A stretch of DNA of 64,000 nt, from assembly GCA_965198285.1 (NCBI GenBank), contig OZ240251.1:821752-885751 (forward strand), given 5' to 3'. Of the stretch, positions 37,622 through 47,051 are shown one piece after another. The notes under the pieces were generated by a model. That model had not been told where the DNA came from, searched no databases, and saw only the letters and a program-made list of their open reading frames with translations. Position 1 is the first letter of the stretch; each line of letters begins with the position of its first letter. The stretch comes from Chloroflexota bacterium (GTDB lineage Bacteria; Chloroflexota; UBA11872). The translations under genes and the position numbers were made by a program.

Positions 37622-38959
37622 ATGTTTGAGAGTCTGACTGAGCGCCTCAACGGCGTATTCGGTCGCCTGGGTCGGCGCGGCCGCCTGAGCGAAGGGGACG
37701 TGGACGCGGCGCTGCGCGAAGTGCGCATGGCCCTGCTGGAGGCCGACGTCAATTTCCGGGTGGCGCGCGACTTCGTGGCCTCGGTGCGCGAGCGCGCGGT
37801 TGGCCGCGAGGTCACCCACAGCGTCACCCCGGCCCAGCAGGTCACCAAGATCGTGAATGACAACCTGGTGGAACTGCTGGGCGGCGAGACGGCACGTTTG
37901 GCCACGGCGCCGCGCCCCCCGTCAGTCGTTCTGATGGTCGGCTTGCAGGGGTCGGGCAAGACCACCGCCGCGGCCAAGCTGGCCCTGGCGTTCCGCAAAG
38001 ACGGCGGACGGCCGCTGCTGGTGGCGGCCGACACCTACCGTCCGGCGGCCATCGCCCAGCTGCAAACGCTCGGCAAGCAGATTGACGTGCCCGTGCACCA
38101 GCAGGGCACGGATCCCAGCCCGGTGGAGATTGCCAAGCGCGGTCTTGAACTGGGCATCAGCAACGCCCACTCGCACGTCATCGTCGATACCGCCGGCCGC
38201 TTGCAGCTGGATGACGCGATGATGGACGAAGTCGAACAGATTAGCCGCGCCGTTCAGCCGGTCGAAACGCTCTTCGTGGCCGACGCCACCACCGGCCAGG
38301 AAGCCGTGAACGTGGCCAAGGCCTTCAACGCCCGCACCCCGCTGACCGGCCTGATCCTCACCAAGATGGACGGCGACGCGCGGGGTGGTGCAGCCCTCTC
38401 GATTCGAGCCGTGACCGGGATACCGGTGAAGTTCGTCGGGACCGGCGAGCGCATCGAGCCGCTGGAGGTCTTCCATCCCGATCGCATCGCCTCCCGCATC
38501 CTGGGCATGGGCGACGTCGTCACGCTGGTGGAACGCGCCGAAGAGGTCGTCGATGTCGAGCGCGCCATGGAGCTGCAAACCAAGCTCCGCAAGGCCACCT
38601 TCGGGCTGGACGACTTCCTGGAACAACTCAATCAGGTACGCCAGATGGGACCGCTCAGCCAGGTGCTGGGCATGCTGCCCGGCATGGGCGCCATGGCCAA
38701 CCGCGCCGAGGTGCAGGCCGCGCTGGACGGCGATGTTGTGGGGCGCTTCGAGGCCATCATCCTCTCGATGACACCCGGCGAGCGCGCCAATCCCGACATC
38801 CTCAATGGCAGCCGCCGGCGCCGCGTGGCCCTCGGCAGCGGCACCTCCGTTCAGGAAGTCAACCTACTGCTCAAGCAATTCCGGCAGGCGCGCCAAGTCA
38901 TGCAAATGGTCAGTTCCGGCCGCACGCCCGCCGGTCTGGGCAACCTGCCGGGCTTCTAG
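37622..38959 (+). CDS. ffh: signal recognition particle protein
   Basis: MFESLTERL, GLQGSGKTT, DTAGR and the M-domain. Confidence 0.95.
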   Translation: MFESLTERLNGVFGRLGRRGRLSEGDVDAALREVRMALLEADVNFRVARDFVASVRERAVGREVTHSVTPAQQVTKIVNDNLVELLGGETARLATAPRPPSVVLMVGLQGSGKTTAAAKLALAFRKDGGRPLLVAADTYRPAAIAQLQTLGKQIDVPVHQQGTDPSPVEIAKRGLELGISNAHSHVIVDTAGRLQLDDAMMDEVEQISRAVQPVETLFVADATTGQEAVNVAKAFNARTPLTGLILTKMDGDARGGAALSIRAVTGIPVKFVGTGERIEPLEVFHPDRIASRILGMGDVVTLVERAEEVVDVERAMELQTKLRKATFGLDDFLEQLNQVRQMGPLSQVLGMLPGMGAMANRAEVQAALDGDVVGRFEAIILSMTPGERANPDILNGSRRRRVALGSGTSVQEVNLLLKQFRQARQVMQMVSSGRTPAGLGNLPGF

Positions 38960-39392
38960 AGTCGGCGGTCAGCGAAGCGCCGGATGGCCGGTATCTGGAT
39001 TCATCGCGAATCAAACCGCGTAGTTTCTGCGTCTTTGCTGTCGAGCGGTCATACGGCTGGCCGGTTACCGGAGCAGGCGGTGGTTCGGGTGCTCCGGCGG
39101 CGACCCTGGCTCGTTGTCATCGAGCGGGTTTGGGCCATCAGTGCCCAATTCGCAACAGTGCGGTGCCTTCGTCGGGGAAGAAGCCTGGGCTATCGCTTCC
39201 GAAGGCGGGCCGGAATAACGGCCCACATCATAAAGAGACCGGCAAAAGCAACGATTCCCAGAAGCGCTTCAAGCGGCAACGGCAAACCTCCAAAGCCCCG
39301 CCGGGTAAGCGGCGAGGCAGCTATTGCCGCCGTCACACCTCCGAACCACCGCCTGAGTCCACGCCTAGTCTAGCCCGTCGCCCAGGCCGCCG

Positions 39393-39683
39393 TTACAGGT
39401 ACAGGATCTCGATCTGGTCGTCGGTCACTTCCAAATCTAGGTGCACCCGCTCGATGAACTCCAGGATCGCGCGCAACTGCGCGTCCAGCCGGCGCGGATC
39501 GTTGGCCACACAGGCCACCCCAACCCGTGCCCGACCCGGGATCGGGTCGGCATCCAGGTCGGCCACGGCGGCGTTGAAGGTGTTGCGGATACGCCGCTTC
39601 AGCGACTCCACCGTCCGCCGCCGGTCCTTCAGCGAGCGGGCAGCGTGAACCGCCAGTCCGACCTCAAGGGTTCCTACGTGCAC
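39393..39683 (-). CDS. DUF503 (YlxP-like) family protein
   Basis: 96-aa protein starting MHVGTLEVGLAVHAARSLKDRRR, typical of DUF503. Confidence 0.6.
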   Translation of the reverse strand: MHVGTLEVGLAVHAARSLKDRRRTVESLKRRIRNTFNAAVADLDADPIPGRARVGVACVANDPRRLDAQLRAILEFIERVHLDLEVTDDQIEILYL

Positions 39684-39775
39684 GGTGCAAGTCTACGGAC
39701 AGGTTGCCGCGCGGCCGCGGCTGTTCCAGTCTGACAGGCGAGCGCCGTCCGGTCCGCACCCTGAGGAGCCCACTC

Positions 39776-40870
39776 ATGTCCGCCACCCCCCGCACGCTTG
39801 CCGACATCGATACGCCCGCGGCGGTGATCGACCTTGACCTGGTGCGGCGCAACATCCACACCATGCAGCGCCATCTGGCCGGCACGCCCGTCCACGTGCG
39901 GCCTCACGTCAAGCACCACAAGACACCGGGCATCGCCCTCATGCAGATCGAGGCCGGCGCGCCCGGCGTCACCTGTGCCAAGGTCGGCGAGGCCGAGGCC
40001 ATGGTGGCCGGTGGCGTCGGCGACGTGCTAATCGCCAACCAGGTCGTCGGCCCAATCAAAATCGCGCGGCTCTGCGCCCTCGCCCGCCAGGCTCGCGTCA
40101 CAGTCGCGGTGGACGACGAGCGCAACGTGAAGGAACTGTCCGCGGCTGCCGTCGCCAACGACGTCACCATTGGCATCGTCATTGAGATCGAAGTCGGCAT
40201 GAACCGCTGCGGGGTCCTGCCGGGCGCCCCGGCCGTGGCGTTGGCGCAGGTGGTGGACGTCGCCCCCGGTCTGGACCTGGTGGGTTTGATGGGCTACGAG
40301 GGCCACGCCGTCGGCATCGTCGACCGCGCCGAGCGCGAAGCCGTCGCCCGCAACTCGCTGGCCGCCGTGATCGATACCAAGGCCGCCTGCGAAGCCGCCG
40401 GTCTCGAAATCCGCGAGGTCACCGGCGGCGGCACCAACACCTTTGACATCACCAGTGCCATCGACGGCTGGACCGAGTTGCAGTGCGGCACCTACGTCAC
40501 CATGGACGTGAGCTTCCGCCAGCACGCCGGCCACGCGTTCGAGCAGGCCATGTGGATCCTGTCCACCGTCGTCAGCACGCCGGCGCCCGGTCGGGCCGTG
40601 CTGGACATCGGCCGCAAGTCCATGGCCTTTGAGCCCGGCGGCCTGCCCCTCGTGGAAGACCCGCCCGGCGTGGAACTGCTCAGCCTGTCCGAGGAACACG
40701 GCAGCCTGGCCCTGCACGACCAGGCCCCCGACCTCCAGCCCGGCGACCGCCTCAAGGTCACCCCCTGGCACGGCTGCACCACGTTCAACCTGCACGACAC
40801 CCTCTACGTCATCCAGGACGACGAAGTCGTGGACGTCTGGCCCATCTCCGCCCGCGGCAAATTCACCTGA
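39776..40870 (+). CDS. alanine racemase-fold PLP enzyme (DSD1 / D-threonine aldolase / D-serine dehydratase-like)
   Basis: VRPHVKHHKTPG PLP-lysine block. Start at MSATPR, preceded by GAGGAG. Confidence 0.75.
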   Translation: MSATPRTLADIDTPAAVIDLDLVRRNIHTMQRHLAGTPVHVRPHVKHHKTPGIALMQIEAGAPGVTCAKVGEAEAMVAGGVGDVLIANQVVGPIKIARLCALARQARVTVAVDDERNVKELSAAAVANDVTIGIVIEIEVGMNRCGVLPGAPAVALAQVVDVAPGLDLVGLMGYEGHAVGIVDRAEREAVARNSLAAVIDTKAACEAAGLEIREVTGGGTNTFDITSAIDGWTELQCGTYVTMDVSFRQHAGHAFEQAMWILSTVVSTPAPGRAVLDIGRKSMAFEPGGLPLVEDPPGVELLSLSEEHGSLALHDQAPDLQPGDRLKVTPWHGCTTFNLHDTLYVIQDDEVVDVWPISARGKFT

Positions 40871-41131
40871 GTGTCACCGGATCGACCGGCTACTAGAGAA
40901 AGTGTTGGTCGTCCGCCCAAGGGCGGGATTGCCACAGCAGGCGCGGCCTTGCAGAGCTGGTCATTCACCGGGCTTGCCTCGCTGGCCCGAACGGAGCTTG
41001 ACAGGCTGAGCACGATCGTCAATGGTTGAATACACCTCCCCGGTTCGGTTCGCTGGCCGGGTGCGCCGCGCCCTCAACGGCGCGGTGCTTTTCTGTGGCG
41101 CGACTGCTGCTACACCCCGAACGATCCTGTC

Positions 41132-41752
41132 GTGAGCACTATGCGGACCAATGTGTACGTGGACGGGTTCAACCTGTACTACGGTGCGCTGCGCGGTCGG
41201 CAGTACAAATGGCTGGACCTGCTCGCCTTCAGTCGCCGCCTACTTATGCCGTGGAACACGGTCGTGAGGATCCGCTACTTCACAGCGGAGATATTCCCGT
41301 CGGCGCGTGATCCTGCCGCCCCGGAGCGCCAACAAGCGTATCTGCGCGCAATCGAGACAATCCCGAACCTCTCGATTCACTACGGGTCATTTCTCCGAAC
41401 CCCTGGCCAGCCGCCAAGAGAAAAAGGGTCGGACGTCAATCTCGCCTCGTATCTGCTCCTCGACGCGTTCGACCACGAGTACCAGGTGGCGCTCATCATT
41501 TCCAACGACTCGGACCTGACCCACCCGATCGAGCTTGTGCGGGAGCGCTTCGGGGTTCGCGTGGGCGTAGCGGCACCCGTGCTCAATCGTCATCCGGACG
41601 GGAATCGACGGTACCCGAGTCGTGACCTCCGGCAAGCCGCCGACTTTCTGGTGCCGATCAGCAGGCGAAGACGTCATGTCCTTCGTGACTCCCAGCTGCC
41701 AAACACCGTCCTTCACGGCGGTCGGACGATCACGAAGCCATCCGACTGGTAA
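41132..41752 (+). CDS. NYN domain (LabA-like, PIN-related) protein
   Basis: VYVDGFNLYYG, EKGSDVNLASYLLLDA and LIISNDSDLTHPIE blocks. Confidence 0.8.
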   Translation: MSTMRTNVYVDGFNLYYGALRGRQYKWLDLLAFSRRLLMPWNTVVRIRYFTAEIFPSARDPAAPERQQAYLRAIETIPNLSIHYGSFLRTPGQPPREKGSDVNLASYLLLDAFDHEYQVALIISNDSDLTHPIELVRERFGVRVGVAAPVLNRHPDGNRRYPSRDLRQAADFLVPISRRRRHVLRDSQLPNTVLHGGRTITKPSDW

Positions 41753-42063
41753 GCGCGACGCGGTCTCTTCAAAGTTCTGGCACGGCACCCGTGCCAAACA
41801 CGCCGACTTGCCCAGCCTCACTTGACACTGAAAATCCCCCGGTGCTAGCGTGCCCTCTGTAGGCATATTGGCTGCTCGGCCATGAGTTGAGCGGCCGGTC
41901 CACCAGCCCTGCCCACCAGAACTGTCAACTTTTCGTGTGGGTTCTGTATGCCGCGTGGCAGGGCCTCGATACCAGAAACAGCCCGTGACTTCGCACACAC
42001 TGCGGTCCCGACCGCGACCTCCAGCCGAGCTTCAGCGCCCGGCGCGACGCGCAGGAGGATCGA

Positions 42064-43440
42064 ATGACTGACGCCAGTGGACGCTCGGGCGGCTATCGCC
42101 GTCCGCGGCGCTCCAACCGTGGCCGTCGCACCCCGCGCCGCCCGCGCCAGTTGCAGCCGGACCCCGACCGCGAGTTGACCGAGCTCGAAGCCAAGCCCAT
42201 GGAGGTCTTGCGCACCCTGGCCAGCGAGCTTGAGATCGACGTCAACGGCGCCGCCGACCTGACCAAAGACGCCCTCGTCAACATGGTCCTCCAGGCCCGG
42301 TCCGAGAAGGACGGGTCCATGTTCCTTGAGGGCAACCTCGAGCTTATGGACGAGGGCTTCGGCTTTCTGCGCCGCAACCCAGGCTGGGTGGCCGGGCCGG
42401 ACGACGTCTACGTTTCCCAATCGCAGATCCGGCGCTTCGAGCTGCGCACCGGCGACTTCGTCAGTGGTCACGTGCGACCGGCGCACGAGAGCGACCGCTA
42501 TCACGGCCTCGTGCGGGTGATGGCCGTCAATGGTCTGGCCCCGGACAAGGCCCGCGCCCGACCGCAGTTCGAGCGCATGATTCCCATCTTTCCCAACGAA
42601 CAGCTCGTGCTCGAATACTCGGCGGCCGAACTCACGTCGCGCATCGTGGACATCATCGCGCCAATCGGGCGCGGGCAGCGCGGCTTGGTGCTCTCGCCGC
42701 CGAAAGCCGGCAAGACCGAGTTGATGAAGCGCCTGGCGCGTTCTGTCCTGAATAACTACAGCGACGTGCGCGTCATCGTGGCGCTGATCGGGGAGCGGCC
42801 GGAGGAAGTCACCGACTGGGAGCGTGGCGTCGACGGCGCCGAAGTCATTAGCTCGACCTTCGACGAGCAACCCCACAGCCACACGCGCGTCGCCGAACTC
42901 ACCTCCGCCCGCGCCAAGCGCATGGTCGAAGGTGGCGAGGACGTGATGATCCTGCTCGATAGCGTCACCCGCCTCGTCCGCGCCTACAACCTCGTCCAGC
43001 CCTCCAGCGGCCGCACCCTCTCCGGCGGAATCGACCCGCAGGCCCTGTATCCGCCCAAGGGATTCTTCGGCGCCGCGCGCAACATCGACGGCGGCGGCAG
43101 CCTCACCATCATCGCCTCCTGCCTCATCGAGACCGGCAGCCGAATGGATGAAGTCATCTACGAAGAGTTCAAGGGCACCGGTAACTGGGAACTGATGCTT
43201 GACCGGCGGCTCGCCGAGCGCGGTACCTTCCCCGCTGTCAACGTGCTCAGTTCCGGCACCCGGCGCGTGGAGCTGATGCTGGACGCCCAGGAGCTAAAGT
43301 ACTTCTGGACCCTTCGCCGCATGCTCAACGCCCTTGATCCCCACGACTCCAATGACTCGACGGAACTCATGTTCGACCGCATGAAGCGGACGGCAACCAA
43401 CAAGGAATTCTTCGCTTCGCTCAGCGATGCGGCCCGATAA
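42064..43440 (+). CDS. rho: transcription termination factor Rho
   Basis: Arg-rich N-terminal insertion, OB domain and P-loop [15 protein letters not shown]. Confidence 0.95.
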   Translation: MTDASGRSGGYRRPRRSNRGRRTPRRPRQLQPDPDRELTELEAKPMEVLRTLASELEIDVNGAADLTKDALVNMVLQARSEKDGSMFLEGNLELMDEGFGFLRRNPGWVAGPDDVYVSQSQIRRFELRTGDFVSGHVRPAHESDRYHGLVRVMAVNGLAPDKARARPQFERMIPIFPNEQLVLEYSAAELTSRIVDIIAPIGRGQRGLVLSPPKAGKTELMKRLARSVLNNYSDVRVIVALIGERPEEVTDWERGVDGAEVISSTFDEQPHSHTRVAELTSARAKRMVEGGEDVMILLDSVTRLVRAYNLVQPSSGRTLSGGIDPQALYPPKGFFGAARNIDGGGSLTIIASCLIETGSRMDEVIYEEFKGTGNWELMLDRRLAERGTFPAVNVLSSGTRRVELMLDAQELKYFWTLRRMLNALDPHDSNDSTELMFDRMKRTATNKEFFASLSDAAR

Positions 43441-43479
43441 ACTTGCTGAGTGACTGTGTGGAAGGGGAGCGCGTGACTC

Positions 43480-44013
43480 ATGGCTGACGTTCAGGTGGTA
43501 TTGCTCGAGGCCGTGCCCGACCTGGGGGATATCGGGGACGTAAAGTCGGTCGCCGCCGGCTTTGCGCGTAACTTTCTGCTGCCGCGGCGCTTGGCCGTCC
43601 CGGCCAGCAGGCAGCGTCTGGACGACTCCCAATTCCAGGCTGAATTACAAGAACGTCGCGACGAGAACGAGCGTCGTGAAGCGCAGCATGTGGCGGACAT
43701 GATTCAGGGCGTCATGCTGAGTCTCCACGTGCAGGTTGGCGGTCAGGGACGCATGCACGGTCAGATCACCAACCGCGACGTGGCGGCCGCCCTGCTGGAA
43801 CAGCGCGGCGTCGAGGTCGATCGGCACCTCATTCAGATCGACAGCCCGATCCGCTCGCTTGGGCGCTACCTCGTCCCGATTCGCCTGGCCGCCGGCTTGG
43901 AAGCCTCGGTCATGCTGGATGTCCTGGAACAGGAAGAGGAGCCCGAACCGGCCGCTGAAGACGAAGAGGATGCGGCGCCGGAGGAGTTCGGCGTTTCTCA
44001 CCTCGGGCACTAG
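43480..44013 (+). CDS. rplI: 50S ribosomal protein L9 with acidic C-terminal extension
   Basis: MADVQVVLLEAVPDLGDIGDVKSVAAGFARNFLLP. Confidence 0.9.
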   Translation: MADVQVVLLEAVPDLGDIGDVKSVAAGFARNFLLPRRLAVPASRQRLDDSQFQAELQERRDENERREAQHVADMIQGVMLSLHVQVGGQGRMHGQITNRDVAAALLEQRGVEVDRHLIQIDSPIRSLGRYLVPIRLAAGLEASVMLDVLEQEEEPEPAAEDEEDAAPEEFGVSHLGH

Positions 44014-44385
44014 GGACAGCGCCAGCCCCCCACCCCCACCCGCCCAAGAATTCCGAAATCGCCAGCGGTAACGATTGGCGCCCAGCGGTAACTGGGGATA
44101 ACTTCCTGACCAACGGGCACGCCGTGCCCGATTAGCAACGGCTGTCTCCCGGCCGCAAGTCGCTGTAACCGGCAGGCGTAAGCTGGAGTTACGAACAACT
44201 CGTGTGGATGCCCGTCGCTGTGGATTACGGGGATAGATTGAGCCCGGTGGTCGGCCTGCCGAATGCATCCGCCGCCGTTCCCAGCGTCCGTGGTTCACTG
44301 CCCCGTGGCTGCGTAACCATGCCCATCCGCCCGACAGAACTCTCCGAGTTGCAATCCTGATACCCCCGCCAAGCGGTCGCCCGGC

Positions 44386-45738
44386 ATGACCATGGCCACC
44401 ACGGCGTCGGCGACCGACCGCCTGCCGCCGCAGAACATCGACGCCGAGCGCTCGCTGCTCGGCAGCCTGCTCATTGACCCCGAGGCCATCACCCGGATCG
44501 CCGGACAGATCAGCGCTGACGACTTCTACCGCGAAGCTCACCGGGCGATCTTTGCCGCCGTCACCACATTGGCCTCGCGCAACGAGAAGACCGACTACGT
44601 CACCCTCTGCGACCAACTGGCCCGCGACGGCACGCTGGCCGACGTGGGCGGTGAGGATCGCGTCGTCGAACTGGCCTCCGCTGTCCCTACGCCATTCCAC
44701 GTCGAGCACTACGCCGGCATCGTGCGCCGGACCTCCATCCTGCGGCAGATCATTCAGAGCGCCACCCGCATGGTGGCCTCGGCCTACGCTCCCGAGGCCG
44801 CGCCCGAGGAGGTGCTGGACGAGGCCGAGAGCCTGATCTTCAGCATCGCCAACGAGGTGCATACCCGCGACATCCTTCCGATTCGCGAGATCCTCCACGA
44901 GGTCAGCGACCAGTTGATGTTCCGGGTCGAGCACCGCGGCACGCCCACCGGAGTCTCAACCGGCTTCCGCAGCCTCGACGTGCTCACCGGCGGCTTGCAG
45001 AGGTCCGACCTCGTGATCCTGGCCGCCCGCCCTGGTATAGGGAAGACCGCCTTCTCACTCAACATCGGCCTGCACGCCGCCAAGCAGAACGACGTTCCCG
45101 TGGCGTTCTTTGCCTTGGAAATGCCGGCCGAGCAGATCGTCCAGCGCCTGATTGGGACCGAGGCGCGCATGGATGCAATGCGAATCCGCGACGGCAACCT
45201 GGACGACGACCAGCTCCAGCGCGTGGTCCGCACCATGGGCAACGTGGCCGAGTACCCCATCTTCATCGACGACTCGCCGTCGCTCAGTGTCCTCGAACTG
45301 CGCGGCAAGGCCCGCCGCATGCATCTGGAGCACAACATCGGACTGCTCGTCCTGGACTATCTGCAGCTGATGACCGCGTCAGGCCACCGCGAGAACCGCG
45401 TGCAGGAAATCACAGAGATCACGCGCTCGCTCAAGGCGCTGGCGCGTGAATTGAATATCCCCATCATCGCCTGCGCCCAGCTCTCCCGCGCCGTTGAACA
45501 GCGCCCGGACTCCAAGCCCCGGCTGTCCGACCTGCGTGAGAGCGGGTCGATCGAACAGGACGCCGATGTCGTAGCGTTTCTGCACGAACCCGACAGCGGC
45601 GACGACGAGGCAATCGGCCGTCCCGTGGATCTCAAGCTCGACATCGCCAAACATCGCAACGGGCCGGTGGGTACCGTGGCCCTACGCTTTGTTCGCCCAC
45701 AGGGCCGATTCGAGGAAGCGGTACGGCGTGAGTACTAG
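44386..45738 (+). CDS. dnaB: replicative DNA helicase
   Basis: N-terminal ERSLLGSLLID, Walker A GARPGIGKT and the RecA-like core. Confidence 0.95.
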   Translation: MTMATTASATDRLPPQNIDAERSLLGSLLIDPEAITRIAGQISADDFYREAHRAIFAAVTTLASRNEKTDYVTLCDQLARDGTLADVGGEDRVVELASAVPTPFHVEHYAGIVRRTSILRQIIQSATRMVASAYAPEAAPEEVLDEAESLIFSIANEVHTRDILPIREILHEVSDQLMFRVEHRGTPTGVSTGFRSLDVLTGGLQRSDLVILAARPGIGKTAFSLNIGLHAAKQNDVPVAFFALEMPAEQIVQRLIGTEARMDAMRIRDGNLDDDQLQRVVRTMGNVAEYPIFIDDSPSLSVLELRGKARRMHLEHNIGLLVLDYLQLMTASGHRENRVQEITEITRSLKALARELNIPIIACAQLSRAVEQRPDSKPRLSDLRESGSIEQDADVVAFLHEPDSGDDEAIGRPVDLKLDIAKHRNGPVGTVALRFVRPQGRFEEAVRREY

Positions 45739-45752
45739 CGGCCGCGGACGAG

Positions 45753-46931
45753 GTGCCGACCATGACTGAACCGCTGGGCCGGGACTTCCGCGCGCCGCCG
45801 GTGATCCACGTCGGACGTGGCGCGCTCAACCAGCTACCGGCCGCGTTGCGCGAATTGGGCGCCGAGCGTGCGGCGATCATCACCGACAGCGTTATGGGCG
45901 GTTCCCCGTGGGCGCCCCGGCTCGAAGTCTTGGCCGCCGACGCCGACGTGTCCACCCAGATCCTGGCCGACCTGGTCGGCGAACCCACGACCCACGACGT
46001 TGACGCTGCCCTGGCCGCTATCCGGGCCGCCGACGCCGACGTCGTGATCGGCTTCGGCGGCGGTAGCGCTCTCGACACCGCCAAGCTGGCGGCTGTGCTG
46101 CATACGAATCCCGGGCGCGGACCGGACTACGAAGGCTATGAGCGCATTCCCGATCCCGGGCTGCCCGTCATCGCCATTCCCACCACCGCCGGTACGGGCA
46201 GCGAAGTCACCCGCGGCGTCGCGATTACCGATCCGGATCGCGACGTCAAGATGCTGCTCATGAGCGCCCATCTGGTGCCCGCCGTCGCGATTGTCGATCC
46301 CGACCCCACCTTCACCATGCCGGCGTCCGTAACCGCTTCAACCGGGCTGGACGCCCTTACGCACGGCATCGAGGCGTACGTCTCGCGCCGCCGCTTCCCG
46401 ATCACCGACGCGCTCGCGATCGACGCGATTGACCGCATCGGCCGGTTCATGGCCCGCGCCTACCACCACCCCGACGACGCCGAAGCCCGTGAGGAGATGC
46501 TGGTCGCCTCGCTGCATGCCGGCCTGGCCTTCAACAACGCCTCGGTGGCCCTGGTCCACGGGATGTCGCGCCCCATCGGCGCCTACTTCCACGTGCCCCA
46601 CGGCCTCTCCAACGCCATGCTCCTGCCCACCGTCATGGAATTCAGCCTCGACGGCGACATCCCCCGCTTCGCCCACATCGCCCGCGTCCTCGGCGCCACC
46701 GAGCGCGACGACGATGCGGCAGCCGCGGCTGGCGTCGCCATCGTGCGCGACCTGGCGGCTGATCTCGAGGTCCCAACCCTCCGCGCCTGGGGCGTCGGCG
46801 CAGGCCGCTTCCGCCAAGTCATACCCGCCATGGCCCGCGACGCTCTAGCCAGCGGCAGCCCCGCCAACAACCCCCGCCTCGCCACCCACGACGAAGTCGT
46901 CACCCTCTACGAAGCCGTTATCAGCCTCTGA
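45753..46931 (+). CDS. iron-containing alcohol dehydrogenase
   Basis: GFGGGSALDTAK plus His-rich metal-site blocks. Confidence 0.85.
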   Translation: MPTMTEPLGRDFRAPPVIHVGRGALNQLPAALRELGAERAAIITDSVMGGSPWAPRLEVLAADADVSTQILADLVGEPTTHDVDAALAAIRAADADVVIGFGGGSALDTAKLAAVLHTNPGRGPDYEGYERIPDPGLPVIAIPTTAGTGSEVTRGVAITDPDRDVKMLLMSAHLVPAVAIVDPDPTFTMPASVTASTGLDALTHGIEAYVSRRRFPITDALAIDAIDRIGRFMARAYHHPDDAEAREEMLVASLHAGLAFNNASVALVHGMSRPIGAYFHVPHGLSNAMLLPTVMEFSLDGDIPRFAHIARVLGATERDDDAAAAAGVAIVRDLAADLEVPTLRAWGVGAGRFRQVIPAMARDALASGSPANNPRLATHDEVVTLYEAVISL

Positions 46932-47051
46932 TCCCGGCGTGGCGTATCGATCGCTACACGTCACCCTTATCCCAGAATCCGTAGCCTCTCTCGATATACT
47001 CAAATGACGCTCCGCGCCCGCCGCGGGTGCTACGGCACTTAATCGACGGAC

